Shown: in pieces, positions 7,588 to 18,439 of the stretch
Layout: every line of letters begins with the position of its first letter
Position numbering within the stretch: the first letter of the stretch is position 1
From: Fibrobacteria bacterium
GTDB taxonomy: Bacteria > Fibrobacterota > Chitinivibrionia > Chitinivibrionales > FEN-1185
DNA: 64,000 nucleotides
Direction: 5' to 3'
NCBI GenBank assembly: GCA_037447435.1
Contig: JBBIGR010000006.1
Coordinates: 1-64,000, forward strand
The notes under the pieces: generated by a model
What the model was told of the DNA's origin: nothing
Databases searched by the model: none
What the model saw: only the letters and a program-made list of their open reading frames with translations
Position numbers and translations under genes: made by a program

Positions 7588-9764
7588 GCTTTTGAAATCT
7601 TAATGCCGCCGTCGAATTGCCATGAATTGATTCGTCCTTCTTTTCTGAGGGCATGAATCACGCCGTGGAGATCCCGATCGTTGACATCGTGACTTTTGTC
7701 GTTTTTTAAAACAGCCATAATATCGTCCAACGTCATTTCTATATGGGAATCCAACTGTTTCATAATGACGGCTTCATACCATAATTCAATGCGGTTTTTG
7801 TTTTTCATTTCGCGTATATGATATGCCTGGACTTCTTTACCGACCGCAAGCAACGCTTCTTTGATTTCCCGTTTGCCCTTGACATAGGTTGCCGTCTTGT
7901 CTTCGGTGCCGGAATTTCTCATGAACACGCAACCGAGCAATCCGTTTGAATCGCGCAGGGTCATATACAAGACGTTGGGATCTTCCTTGTCTTCGAATTG
8001 AACCGCAGTATCTTTGGGAAGTATTCCACCCTGGATCTGATTGCGAATGGCCGAAGCGACGATATCGCGATCGGCATTCCAAACGGCGCTGTTCCGATAA
8101 AATTTCGTTTTATCGACGAAAAACGTATAGAATGTTTTTGAAAATCCCGGTTCGAACGGTTCGATTATTTTTTGAGGAGTCGGGTTCATTTCTTTAATCG
8201 CAACAAGCGAAAGCAGACCGGTCAAAAGGCCAATGCCCGACAGAAGCGTAGTTCTTACACCTGCGTCGGTGGTTACGCTCAGCGGCACGATCAGATGTCC
8301 GGATATTTCCAGCCCGACAAGAAGTTTCCCGTCTTTAAACCCGCCGATCCATTTGTCTCCCACGCTCACGACTTTTGAATGGAGGCCGAGTTGTTTTTGC
8401 GCCGCAACCGCGGTCATGAGATCGGATTCTATGGTAGAAACGAACCAATGGTCTTTGGGATCGATTTTTTGCCGTTCGATCAAATAGTTCGCAATAGTAT
8501 AGCCGCATTTATCGCCGTCTATGACCGCGACCCGGTCGTTCTTTTTGTCGTAATACAATACGAACCCGCGGTCGCCGTCTCCGTCGAGCGCGATGCCGAA
8601 GACCTTTCCCTCGTCTACCGTTCGGCCTTGGGAAAAAATTTCACGGACAAACGGTATATGCGTGCTCAGGTCTTTTGCATAGAAAAACTCCACGCCTTCG
8701 ATTTCCGCAACGCCGCAATGCCGGTTGATATTTGCGCCGGTCGGCACTTCGTTTACCGAAACGAACGAAATTCCCAGGTCTTTAAGTACCATGTGGCCGA
8801 GTTCCGTGAACGCGCCGTTGGCATTATCGAGCACGATGGACGTGTCTTTCAATATCTCCGACGCGTTGGGAGGCAGAACGCTTTTGATGAAGCTATTGCT
8901 TTGCGATAGAACATCCGGCACTTCGCGCGCAAACGCGCCTTGTCCCTTGCTTTGCGGCAGCAGCCGGTTCGCATACATATACGCGGAAAGCACATAGTCT
9001 CCGAATTCTCCTTCGGGGAGCAATTTCTTTCCGTCGATGAAAAACTTTATCCCGTTTTGATTGGAAGGATTGTGGCTTGCGGTAAGCATTGCGGCGGCAT
9101 GTATTCCCTTTTTCAACATCATAAAAGGAACGATGGCGGTTGGAACCACGCCGCAATCGTATACCGTTAACCCTGCCTGGGAAAAACCGGCGCATACCGC
9201 CTTGTTCAATACCCAATCGAAGGCCTTGTCCCTGCCGTCGTTGCCGATGACGACCGAATCGCCGGATTTTACCAGTCCGTTGTCAATGCAGATCTTTGCA
9301 AAAGAATACGATGTTATTCGCACCAGATCGGGCGTGAACGCTATATCTTGAATGAACGATTTGATGCAATCGGAATGTTCCTTGCCGTCTGCGACGACTT
9401 TGCCGTCTGCGACGACCTTGCCCCTGATGCCGTCGGTTCCCATAAAATTAACCCGGGACATAAGCAATGCGCTTTCGATGCGCCGGTCTTCCGGGACATT
9501 CGACGCACGATACAGCCCCACGGCTTTATGCAAATCGATAAGGACGCCGAAGGAATATACGGTGAGGAAATCCGCATTTATGAGGCTGGAAACGGCCTTG
9601 GCATCATCGGCAGAAAACCATTTCGCATTGCCTTGTACCGATGCCGGATCGTCTATATAGCCGCCGTGGTGGATGTTCGAAACGAACCGGATGTTGCGTT
9701 GTGATAAATTTATAAGCGTCGATTCGTTTTCGCGCAATAAAGAGGTGAACGAAGTAATCTCCAT
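7584..9764 (-). CDS. alpha-D-phosphohexomutase (GlcNAc/GlcN-phosphate mutase-like) with terminal extensions
   Basis: GTDGIRG, TASHNP (phosphoserine), DGDGDR (metal), VGDKW, RNSGTE motifs. Confidence 0.85.
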   Translation of the reverse strand: MEITSFTSLLRENESTLINLSQRNIRFVSNIHHGGYIDDPASVQGNAKWFSADDAKAVSSLINADFLTVYSFGVLIDLHKAVGLYRASNVPEDRRIESALLMSRVNFMGTDGIRGKVVADGKVVADGKEHSDCIKSFIQDIAFTPDLVRITSYSFAKICIDNGLVKSGDSVVIGNDGRDKAFDWVLNKAVCAGFSQAGLTVYDCGVVPTAIVPFMMLKKGIHAAAMLTASHNPSNQNGIKFFIDGKKLLPEGEFGDYVLSAYMYANRLLPQSKGQGAFAREVPDVLSQSNSFIKSVLPPNASEILKDTSIVLDNANGAFTELGHMVLKDLGISFVSVNEVPTGANINRHCGVAEIEGVEFFYAKDLSTHIPFVREIFSQGRTVDEGKVFGIALDGDGDRGFVLYYDKKNDRVAVIDGDKCGYTIANYLIERQKIDPKDHWFVSTIESDLMTAVAAQKQLGLHSKVVSVGDKWIGGFKDGKLLVGLEISGHLIVPLSVTTDAGVRTTLLSGIGLLTGLLSLVAIKEMNPTPQKIIEPFEPGFSKTFYTFFVDKTKFYRNSAVWNADRDIVASAIRNQIQGGILPKDTAVQFEDKEDPNVLYMTLRDSNGLLGCVFMRNSGTEDKTATYVKGKREIKEALLAVGKEVQAYHIREMKNKNRIELWYEAVIMKQLDSHIEMTLDDIMAVLKNDKSHDVNDRDLHGVIHALRKEGRINSWQFDGGIKISKA

Positions 9765-9839
9765 AGTCGCACTCCTTAAAAAAAAGCCATGAATCCGATT
9801 GGACCCATGGCTGCATTTTAATTGTTCAAATAAGCGGCA

Positions 9840-12374
9840 TTATCCCATGACAACTTCAACGATATGTTCTTTATTATCGCCGAAAGACGCGATCTTGTTT
9901 CCCGTAATCGCCGCGCCGTCTACGGTTACTTTCTTGACGCCGTATTCGACATGCGACGGATTCTTAACGGTAATCGTATATGTTGCATTGCGGAATTTTC
10001 TGGTTACCGTATATCCGTCCCACTTGGCCGGGATACAGGGATTAACGATCAGGCCGTCGTACCACGGGGTTATGCCGAGAATGAATTCGACGCCCACGAA
10101 AAACATCCATGGTGCGGTTCCGGTAAGCCAGGAATGTCCTGCTCTGCCGAATTCCTTATGTGCGGGACCGGTCGTATATTCCGGATACACATAGGGTTCG
10201 ACCACAAAACGGTCCTGATCTTCTCCTAAAACCTCGGGTAAGGTTTTATAATACTGGTCATAGGCGACATTGCCTCTTCCGAGCATGGTGTTCGCCTGGA
10301 TAAACCAGGTGACCGGATGGTTGAACACGGAGGCGTTTTCCTTTTTGCCCGCGGCTTCCCGCGTCGCGCCGCCGATGGTGGCGTCGGCCACCGTATAATG
10401 CGGCCCGCACAGAAGCGGTCCGTATTTTGTGTCAAGCTTTTCGATCACGGAATCAAGGCATTGCGCGCCGCGTTTTTCATCGGCAAGTTTTCCGATGACC
10501 GCCCACGACTGGGAATTGATGAATATGGAGCCTTCCTTGTTTTGTTTTGACCCCTGCGCGCGCCCGTCGTCTCTTGTAAAGCGCTGATACCAGGCACCGT
10601 CCCAGCAGCTGTCGTTGAGCGCTTTTTTAAGGGACACGAGGACTTCTTTATATTTGGCAATTTTGTCGCCGAATGTCTTGATCAACGAAGAGGCCGGCGC
10701 ATAGTCGTACATTTCCACCACATAGTTGACGGCGACCGCAAGTTGCTCGGCAACCATCATGGATTCGCCCTTGCCCTTCACGCCGCAGCCGTTCAAATCG
10801 TCGTTCCAATCGCCGCCCAGCATAAGCGGGATGTTCCGTTCGGATCGGCATTTCCATACTTTGTCCATGCCCACAAAAAGATGCTCGAGAACGGAACCTT
10901 CGGCCGGGTTCTTTACATACGATTCGACGTCGTTCCAATACGGAACCACGCTGTCGTTGAACCCGTTGGCGCAATAGGTTTTGCCGTCCACGTCTTTGGT
11001 GGGCACCTCGGAAATACCGCGATACGGGACGACCTCACTTAACAAGTTGTAATCGGCGGTTTCGCGGACGTAATACGCCAGGGCGATGGCCATCCATAAC
11101 GGATCGTCGGAATGGTTGGTGAAAACATGCCCTTCCTTCTGCCCGCGGAAATAATGATGGTACACATACCCGTTGGTAAACATATGGGAAAACAGTTCCT
11201 TGATCAGCCCTTTGGACGCGGCCGGATCGAACATGATGAACCCCAAAAGGTCTTGCGCCTGATCGCGATACCCGATACCGTACGAGAGGCCCAAATGATA
11301 CCGGGACGCGTCGCGCGAGCAGCGGAACGTGGTTTCGAGCTGCATTTTATTCCAGGTATTGATATGCCGGTTGATCTTGACTTCCGGGGTTTGCACCGTT
11401 ACCTTGGAGTACAATTCGTCGTAATAGGTTCCGATCGCAACGAGCGCCTTATCGGCGCGCTCGACGCTGCCCCATTCCTTCATGAGGGAAGGGACCTGTT
11501 TTTCATATGCTTTGTCAAGTTGGTCCGCGATGCCGACGACGATGCAAAACTCGATTTTCGCTCCCGCTTTCAGGGATATGTTATGCTGCAACGCGCCGCA
11601 GGCGTGTCCGGAAAACACTTCTGAATTTGTCAATTTTCCGTCTTCGACGGTTTTCGGGTTTTCCTCGGAACGGTATACGGAACCGATGAATTTTTCCCTG
11701 TTGCCGTCGAACCCCGCTATCGGAAGCGTACTGGTCATGAACACGACTTTTCCCCAGCATCCTTCGTCTTTGTCCTGCTCGTTTTCCGGTAAATAGGAAA
11801 TCCCCATTTTATTTCCCGCGATAAGGGAATTGCAGATTTTGCTGAAATGGACTTCCTTGAAATGCGAGGAATTCGGCTGTTCGACCAAATCGTCGAGCGC
11901 GTCTCCGGGAACGAATTCTACATACGGGAATAAAGACAGGTCGCGATCGGCCCCGACATTCTCTATTGTATATCTCCAAATTTCGAGATCCGCCTCTTTG
12001 GGCACGAAAAACGCCACGGAATGTTTGAGGCCTTTATATTGGGAAGAAATTTTCGTGTATCCCCTGCCGTGCCGGCATTCGTACGACTCGAGTTCGGGCA
12101 GCGTCGGTTGCCATGTCGGCGAATAATATTCTTTCGACGTATTGTCGCGGATGTATAAATATCTTCCGGGCCGGTCTTCGGGAAGCGCATTGTAACGACG
12201 GCGAAGTATTCTGCCGTTTAACGGGGAAATATAGTAGCTGAATCCGCCGCCTGTATTGGTGATCAAAGCATGATAGCGTCCGTTAATCGAATAATTCAAC
12301 CATGCTTGCGGCGTATCGGGCCTGGTGATGATGAATTCCCGGCCGTCGTCTGAAAAATGCCCGTATTTTCCCAT
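9840..12374 (-). CDS. chbP: GH94 phosphorylase, probably N,N'-diacetylchitobiose phosphorylase
   Basis: MGKYGHFSDDGREFIITRPDTP, GYRDQAQD, DWND, KENASVFNH, HSWLTGTA motifs; ggagg RBS; substrate inferred from the chitin context. Confidence 0.8.
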   Translation of the reverse strand: MGKYGHFSDDGREFIITRPDTPQAWLNYSINGRYHALITNTGGGFSYYISPLNGRILRRRYNALPEDRPGRYLYIRDNTSKEYYSPTWQPTLPELESYECRHGRGYTKISSQYKGLKHSVAFFVPKEADLEIWRYTIENVGADRDLSLFPYVEFVPGDALDDLVEQPNSSHFKEVHFSKICNSLIAGNKMGISYLPENEQDKDEGCWGKVVFMTSTLPIAGFDGNREKFIGSVYRSEENPKTVEDGKLTNSEVFSGHACGALQHNISLKAGAKIEFCIVVGIADQLDKAYEKQVPSLMKEWGSVERADKALVAIGTYYDELYSKVTVQTPEVKINRHINTWNKMQLETTFRCSRDASRYHLGLSYGIGYRDQAQDLLGFIMFDPAASKGLIKELFSHMFTNGYVYHHYFRGQKEGHVFTNHSDDPLWMAIALAYYVRETADYNLLSEVVPYRGISEVPTKDVDGKTYCANGFNDSVVPYWNDVESYVKNPAEGSVLEHLFVGMDKVWKCRSERNIPLMLGGDWNDDLNGCGVKGKGESMMVAEQLAVAVNYVVEMYDYAPASSLIKTFGDKIAKYKEVLVSLKKALNDSCWDGAWYQRFTRDDGRAQGSKQNKEGSIFINSQSWAVIGKLADEKRGAQCLDSVIEKLDTKYGPLLCGPHYTVADATIGGATREAAGKKENASVFNHPVTWFIQANTMLGRGNVAYDQYYKTLPEVLGEDQDRFVVEPYVYPEYTTGPAHKEFGRAGHSWLTGTAPWMFFVGVEFILGITPWYDGLIVNPCIPAKWDGYTVTRKFRNATYTITVKNPSHVEYGVKKVTVDGAAITGNKIASFGDNKEHIVEVVMG

Positions 12375-12573
12375 GCAATCCTCCAAAATTCGATTGATAT
12401 TTCCGGTAAATTAATTGCCGCTTCGGTATTGTTTCCCAAACGCGGAAAACCGTTTACTAAAAATGCTTTATAATGACGTTATAAAGTATAAAAAATGCCC
12501 CAAAGGTCCGCTTTGCAGAATCCGGAATTTTAGTTGTCAAAAGGCTGCGCGTATCGATTTTTCATTGTTTTTC

Positions 12574-12612
12574 AAAGCAAAAGGCCTATCGAGCGACAGG
12601 CCTTTTGCTTTT
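12574..12612 (-). terminator. intrinsic terminator
   Basis: aaagcaaaaggcct...aggccttttgctttt just downstream of the 12632 stop. Confidence 0.8.
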
Positions 12613-12631
12613 GAGTCCGTTATCCGTTCTT

Positions 12632-14962
12632 TTACTGAACAATGGTTTTCATTGACTTTTTCATGTTGTTTCCCTCGATGTTTACAACATATAAGCCGCG
12701 GGAAATCTCATTGCCGAGCTTCAAATTGTTCAGTCCGCTTTTCAGTTCGCGTGTTCCGAACGATTTGACCATGCGGCCGCTGGCCGAAAGGATATTCACC
12801 GTATACATTCCTTTTGTCCCGACCACCAGTTTAAGCATATTATTGGTAAACGAACGCAAACCGATATCGCTTATCGATTTTGGGGCAATGGTGCCTAAAA
12901 CGGCAACTGCGGCACCATAGAATTTAACATTTTTTACGCTCATGGTCACGCTTTGGGCCGCTTTGAGACCGGGAATCGCGACCTCAACCGATACGGCGGT
13001 GATATTTGCGGTGTTTACGGCTGTTTCGGTTCCGACATAGTTCGGATCGTATTGAAATGCCGACAACGGAATGTTACCCGAGTTCAGGTTTGTGCCGATG
13101 TTATTCAGCATGGCGTACCACGGCTGGTCATTCGCAACGGTTAATTTGACCCGTAAAGGCGCCGTTGTGGAATACGTCAGGGAAATATGGTCGAGACCTT
13201 GGAAATAGCCGGCCGACTTTGTATTTGCATAACCGCAGCCCGATTCGGCTTTATCGACGCTGATCACCGCATTGGTAATATCCCCTGTAAATGTCTGGGT
13301 ATTTGCCGTCGATGCGGACCCTTTATAAAATGTCCAGGCAGCATCGGTTGCCGCATATGCGGTGCCCGGTTTGTCCGTGGCTTGCAACGCACGCATTTTT
13401 TTGACCAAATCCAATCCGCCGATAAAATTGCAATTCTTGGAAGCCGCATAGGTAACGAATTCGGTTATGGCTTGCTGCCTGGTTTTCCAGTTATTCCAGC
13501 CGTTTGTCAAAACCAACCCGTATGAGGCCTTATTGGTACTGTTCAGCAATGTCGCGTAATCGTAAATGGGCGTGTAATAATCGGGGTGCAAACCGAGAGA
13601 GAACGGCGCGCGGTTGCCGTTCATACATTGGTCAAGATTGTATTTCATGGTTGTGACGAATTGATCTTTCGTCATACCCCACAGGATGAACAAGTTAAAA
13701 TCATATCCCGTGATCCGACCGGTTTTTTTCCAGGTCGACAACGGTTCGAGCGTATCGCCTTCCGGAGACTTTTGGGCTATTATGTTTGCATGCGCCCATA
13801 CGCTGTCGCGAAGTTCCGGCGGAACGACTACGACGAATACGGGAAGTTCCCACAGTCCTGCCGGGTATTTGTCGAAAACGGGCGTATGGGTATTTTCATT
13901 GATCAGATCGCCTTTATTCATGGAACTCCAGATACTCGGAGATCCGTTATCGGTTGTATAGGGCCACATTGCACCGGTTGCAAGAGGGTTGAATTCTTCA
14001 ATGCTGCAATCGTAGGTGTAGCCGAGTTCCTTGAGAGCCAAAAGCATTCCGGAATTGTCTTCAAGGCGCGGAGCCCTGAAACCGCACAACTTACCGTTTG
14101 CAACGGAAATCTGAAGAGAATCGGTCAATTCTTGGGAAGCGGTTTGCAGAACACCTTTCCAACCGGCTTGAGAAAGCTTCATTCCCGCTTTGTCGTCCCA
14201 GCCGATCGTGTCCCATGTCGGATATGTTTCTATAAGAGTATCGCCATTGATATCCAAATCTTTGCGAATGCCCGGGTCCCAGCATTCGTAATTGGGAGCA
14301 GGCCATAACGATTTCGGTAATCCGGAATTTGTTTCTAAATGATCCAGCGTGTGGCTTCCTATTTCAAATCCTTTTGTTAAAATATCACGGTACATCATAG
14401 CAGTGTAGCCTTTTTCAAGCAAGGTGCCGTGACCGAGGCTGTCGCCATTAACAAATGTTGCAAATTCGCGTCCCCAGCAAACCGGTGCGCGCACTGTTTT
14501 TCCGCCAGCTGCCGTGGTAACGTAGGATTGTTTTTTCCATCCCCAGCAATAACCGGGGATTATGGTATCGGTCCAACTTGTTTTCCAGGTAACTGCAGCC
14601 ATCTGGCCGGTTATGACATGAAAGCTCATGGTACGAGTGCTTCCGTCGGGGTTGGTTCCGGCCGGCAGCACTTTTCTTTCGGCCCAGCTGACTCCGATAT
14701 CTCCTTCTTGAAGATTAAGTACATTCGGAGTACCGCCGACGCGATTCAATTGCGCCCATGTTTGGGCCGTATCGCTTTCATAAATTGTTCCGGCCAATCC
14801 GGAATAGGAGCAATCGTCCCACATTAAGCAAACGTATTGAGGGATCGCTGTTGTTGCTTTAATGTTGGCAGGCGGATTCACCGAGGGAAACATGTAATCT
14901 TGTGCGGAAGCGTTAAAAAACATCGCACAAAAAGCCGTACAAAACAACAGACGTTTGATCAT
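12632..14962 (-). CDS. secreted CE4 polysaccharide (chitin) deacetylase with CBM-like module and T9SS-like C-terminal domain
   Basis: Signal peptide; WDD, HTLDH, FRAPRLE, YDCSIEE, WPYT, LWELP, LHPD motifs; C-terminus ..SRGLYVVNIEG..KKSMKTIVQ. Confidence 0.8.
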   Translation of the reverse strand: MIKRLLFCTAFCAMFFNASAQDYMFPSVNPPANIKATTAIPQYVCLMWDDCSYSGLAGTIYESDTAQTWAQLNRVGGTPNVLNLQEGDIGVSWAERKVLPAGTNPDGSTRTMSFHVITGQMAAVTWKTSWTDTIIPGYCWGWKKQSYVTTAAGGKTVRAPVCWGREFATFVNGDSLGHGTLLEKGYTAMMYRDILTKGFEIGSHTLDHLETNSGLPKSLWPAPNYECWDPGIRKDLDINGDTLIETYPTWDTIGWDDKAGMKLSQAGWKGVLQTASQELTDSLQISVANGKLCGFRAPRLEDNSGMLLALKELGYTYDCSIEEFNPLATGAMWPYTTDNGSPSIWSSMNKGDLINENTHTPVFDKYPAGLWELPVFVVVVPPELRDSVWAHANIIAQKSPEGDTLEPLSTWKKTGRITGYDFNLFILWGMTKDQFVTTMKYNLDQCMNGNRAPFSLGLHPDYYTPIYDYATLLNSTNKASYGLVLTNGWNNWKTRQQAITEFVTYAASKNCNFIGGLDLVKKMRALQATDKPGTAYAATDAAWTFYKGSASTANTQTFTGDITNAVISVDKAESGCGYANTKSAGYFQGLDHISLTYSTTAPLRVKLTVANDQPWYAMLNNIGTNLNSGNIPLSAFQYDPNYVGTETAVNTANITAVSVEVAIPGLKAAQSVTMSVKNVKFYGAAVAVLGTIAPKSISDIGLRSFTNNMLKLVVGTKGMYTVNILSASGRMVKSFGTRELKSGLNNLKLGNEISRGLYVVNIEGNNMKKSMKTIVQ

Positions 14963-15327
14963 AATACCTCCAGGCATCGTTTTATTAAAAAATGTGGTTT
15001 ATATAACCGCATACCATTGCTTTTGGGAATAAATGTACTACAATATTTTTGAATAGTAATCAATAGTTTGTCTCATCCATGTTTTATCAAACATTTTATA
15101 CGAAAATGCAAACTTTTTATCGCTGCTTCGAAGGCAAAAACAGGAGGTTTTGAGGGCACGGTTTCCGCAGAGGATTTTTACAGGTCGAAAATGATTACTT
15201 TTAAAACGAATAATATCAATATAGTGTTCATTTCTCCTGTTATATTAAATCCGGGCTGTTAAAAAAATAAAATTTTGAACTGTCCTATTCAGATATACAA
15301 TTTTTCTTAAACATTTTTGGAGGATGT

Positions 15328-16230
15328 ATGAAAAGATGGGCTGGCATTGTTTCGGTTACTGCAATATTTCTATTTTTTATTGGCTGCGGAAGCAAAAGTT
15401 CACCGACAAGCGTAACCCCGGTCGTCGTAGATACTACTCATCAAACCACGGCAAACGTCGTTGTTTTTGATGATTTCAGCGATAGCATAAATGCGCAAAA
15501 TTCAATTGGAAGAGCCTTGGGAAATTATAAAATAGCCAATCTCACGGCTGCCGGAAAAGATGTGACTTGGGGCGGCGGTAGCTGGTACGGTCTTGCAAGT
15601 GCAAACGGTGCGCTCATTGTCAGCGGCAACGGTGATACGGTAATGAATGGAAAAATTGAAACCCAGGACAATGTCGACCTCATGTCGACACTGTTCAGCG
15701 GCGGCAGACTGCAAGCTGAATTCAACTGCCAAAATATCGTGCCCACAACGGCGGATTATTGGGCAGGAATAAGTTGCGATTTGGCCGGAGACCTCGAACA
15801 CCCATCCAAATTCGATTCGCTCAAATATCCCGGCGATTCAACCGCATACTGGGACTTAAGCGCCCTTGATTCAATTCGGTTTACGATGCATGGAACCGGT
15901 GCGGTCAGGTTCTCCTTCGAAACAAAAGCGGTTGATGATAAATTCAAAGCAAAAGGCGCGGATGCATGGGGCTTTCATGGCGTCAATATCATTTTCCCGG
16001 ATAACATGACGGCCGATAGGGTCTACTCCATCCCGGCTAGTTCATTGACAATGATTCCCGATGCGGCAACCGAAGCAGGCGGGAATGTGACCTGGGACCA
16101 GGCTAAATCGGCAGCGTCGGTGGTCACGCTCGAACTCGACACCGAAGACGATGATTTCCTGGACATCGATGTGGATAAAATAGAATTCATTTTCAAAAGC
16201 GGAGCAGCGGTCCCGTTCGATTTCAAATAA
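15328..16230 (+). CDS. lipoprotein with CBM11/CIA30-like carbohydrate-binding domain
   Basis: Lipobox FFIGC; FDDF, WAGISCDL, WDLSALDSIRFTMHGTG pattern; ggagg RBS. Confidence 0.65.
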   Translation: MKRWAGIVSVTAIFLFFIGCGSKSSPTSVTPVVVDTTHQTTANVVVFDDFSDSINAQNSIGRALGNYKIANLTAAGKDVTWGGGSWYGLASANGALIVSGNGDTVMNGKIETQDNVDLMSTLFSGGRLQAEFNCQNIVPTTADYWAGISCDLAGDLEHPSKFDSLKYPGDSTAYWDLSALDSIRFTMHGTGAVRFSFETKAVDDKFKAKGADAWGFHGVNIIFPDNMTADRVYSIPASSLTMIPDAATEAGGNVTWDQAKSAASVVTLELDTEDDDFLDIDVDKIEFIFKSGAAVPFDFK

Positions 16231-16254
16231 GCATTCCGTTAGTCGTTGACTTTC

Positions 16255-16284
16255 AAAAGCCCTGTATCATTACAGGGCTTTTTT
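16255..16284 (+). terminator. intrinsic terminator
   Basis: aaaagccctgta-tcat-tacagggctttttt. Confidence 0.85.
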
Positions 16285-16320
16285 ATTGTCCGAACAACCC
16301 CAAACTTGGCCCTTAAGACC

Positions 16321-16436
16321 GGTTTACTACCCCATCCTCGGTCCTTCCCATTAACCAAGGGGAAGAATGACAAGGAAGGTTTACTACCTCATCCTCGGTC
16401 CTTCCCCTTAACCAAGGGGAAGGATGACAAGGAAGG
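16321..16436. repeat. 57-bp tandem duplication of a REP-like hairpin unit
   Basis: Near-identical copies start at 16321 and 16378, each with tccttcccc..ggggaagga dyad symmetry. Confidence 0.85.
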
Positions 16437-16462
16437 GGTGAATATGACATATGCATGCATAT

Positions 16463-16503
16463 AAAAAGAAAGAGACGCTTTTAAAAAGCGTCTCTTTCTT
16501 TTT
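16463..16503 (-). terminator. intrinsic terminator of the long minus-strand operon
   Basis: aaaaagaaagagacgcttt..aaagcgtctctttcttttt. Confidence 0.85.
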
Positions 16504-16521
16504 GCAATTGATGATAAGCAG

Positions 16522-18423
16522 TTACTTACCGGTTTTTCTGTCGTTGGTCAATCGCACTTCCTTGAGCTGGAACATTCCGCTTCCCGCTGCGACGGGGTTT
16601 ATGATAAGCGACGTGACCGCATCAAGATCCAATTTATTGTTTTGCACTGCACCCGGTTCCTGATAGGTCGGGTCTTTTTTGAAATTCTTGAACGGAACAA
16701 GGATATCGTTCCATCCGTCTTTACATGTAATATTTGTGATGAACGCTTCATTTCCCGAATCGTTGATCTGAATTTTATAAACCGCCTGATCGCGGTCTAT
16801 GAACATGGAGAATTTTAGTCCCCAGAACTTTCGCCAATCGCGAACATCGGCGGGCGAACTGTTCTTGTCGAAATCATAGGTAGCGTTACACCATTCGTTG
16901 TTCGAATACCGCACTTCCATCGCTTTTTTATCGTAATTTTCGGCGTCGGCGTTATCCTGCAAATCGATGAACTCGTGGGAAATTTCGGAAGCGTCGTCGC
17001 CGTCGGTTTCCCAAGCCAAATCGGTTTGCTTGTCGAAATTGAACAGGACCTTTTCAGGTTCGCTGGAGGTAAATCCGTTCCAGTAAATTTCGGGGTCGAT
17101 ATATCCGGGGACTTTTTCAATCAGGGAAATATCCTTGACATATATGACCGCCGGCACGCTGTCTTCGACCCGGTTGCCGAATTTATCGGCGGAAAAACTG
17201 ATTTGCGATATTTTATTCCATTGAACGGTGTCCGGAACGTCTAGTTTGGTATCTTCATTATACCAGGTACCTTCGGAACTGAATTCTTTCAGCGGAATCA
17301 TGAAGTAATGCCAGTTCGAATCGAGTTTTCCGTAATCCGCGAGCGTAATGTTCGACTGAACCATTTTTTTGTCGCTGTCGTCGTCGAGAAAGCCGAACGA
17401 TACCTGCTCGACGCCTTTTCCGACCTTTGCCCAAAAAGCAACTCCTGCCCCGTCTTGCCTCAATTTTGAAAAATCGATCGGTTTGGGGAACGTCACGCTG
17501 ATGTCCGAATAATCCGTATTGTCAAGATACATGACCCATACCGAAGGTTTTTTGGGATTGTCGGTCGTCGATGCGATCTGATAATCCGATTTCCCGCCGT
17601 CGGCCCCGTAGGAATCGACATTGAATTGGTCCGGCGTATACAGTTGGCGCAATACCTTTACCGCAGGTTGAGTCGCAACCGGCGGCGGAGGTATGATTTC
17701 CTTCCGCGCTTGCCAGAAATCATCGGGACCGTCGGGCGCGGCGTCGTATACGTCCTTGACAATATAGATATCGTCGAGATAAAACACCGCTTCCTTATTA
17801 TCATTTTTATCGACATTGAGACTGAACACGCAAATTTTGTCCCAATCGATACGGTGCGAGTAGTCTTTTTGTTTGTCTTCGTCCCAATACGTCCCCTTGT
17901 TTCCGAAATCGGCCAATGGAATGGAAAAATGGGTCCATTCCCGGGTAATCGTTCCGTATTTGCTGAGCTCCACTTTACATTCGGTAGACACGCCGTCGCT
18001 CGCTTCGTCGTCGCCCAGGGTAACATTGGCTATTTCCCCGCCGTTTTTGCCCCGGATCCAAAATTCGAGCGCGCCTCTTTTTAAATACGGCCTCAAATCA
18101 TAGACGACCTTGTCGAATTCGACCGCGCCGCCGGAATAATCGTTGGCGATAAGATCCATTTTCAAGGCAACGTCGCCGTTTTTGCCGGATCCGTCTTCGG
18201 CAATAAGAACCTTGGCATTATCGGGATAATGCCATTCATCGCCGTTGGAATAATACATTTCATCAAAAAACCGATACACGACGTTGGGATTGACATCGTT
18301 TTTTTTCTTATGCGCTTCCATTCGGGCAACTACGGAAGGCAAAGCCTTGATTTGAATTCCGCAGCCGGCGAACGCGAAGCATCCGAGCGCAACGACTATG
18401 TGGCTCAATAGACGTAATTTCAT
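16522..18423 (-). CDS. lipoprotein with three tandem CBM11-like carbohydrate-binding domains
   Basis: Lipobox FAGC; three repeats of (L/V)xFW..W.xf.IPl.dF..(I/V)dW.kI. Confidence 0.7.
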   Translation of the reverse strand: MKLRLLSHIVVALGCFAFAGCGIQIKALPSVVARMEAHKKKNDVNPNVVYRFFDEMYYSNGDEWHYPDNAKVLIAEDGSGKNGDVALKMDLIANDYSGGAVEFDKVVYDLRPYLKRGALEFWIRGKNGGEIANVTLGDDEASDGVSTECKVELSKYGTITREWTHFSIPLADFGNKGTYWDEDKQKDYSHRIDWDKICVFSLNVDKNDNKEAVFYLDDIYIVKDVYDAAPDGPDDFWQARKEIIPPPPVATQPAVKVLRQLYTPDQFNVDSYGADGGKSDYQIASTTDNPKKPSVWVMYLDNTDYSDISVTFPKPIDFSKLRQDGAGVAFWAKVGKGVEQVSFGFLDDDSDKKMVQSNITLADYGKLDSNWHYFMIPLKEFSSEGTWYNEDTKLDVPDTVQWNKISQISFSADKFGNRVEDSVPAVIYVKDISLIEKVPGYIDPEIYWNGFTSSEPEKVLFNFDKQTDLAWETDGDDASEISHEFIDLQDNADAENYDKKAMEVRYSNNEWCNATYDFDKNSSPADVRDWRKFWGLKFSMFIDRDQAVYKIQINDSGNEAFITNITCKDGWNDILVPFKNFKKDPTYQEPGAVQNNKLDLDAVTSLIINPVAAGSGMFQLKEVRLTNDRKTGK

Positions 18424-18439
18424 TGTAGAATTCCCTGTC

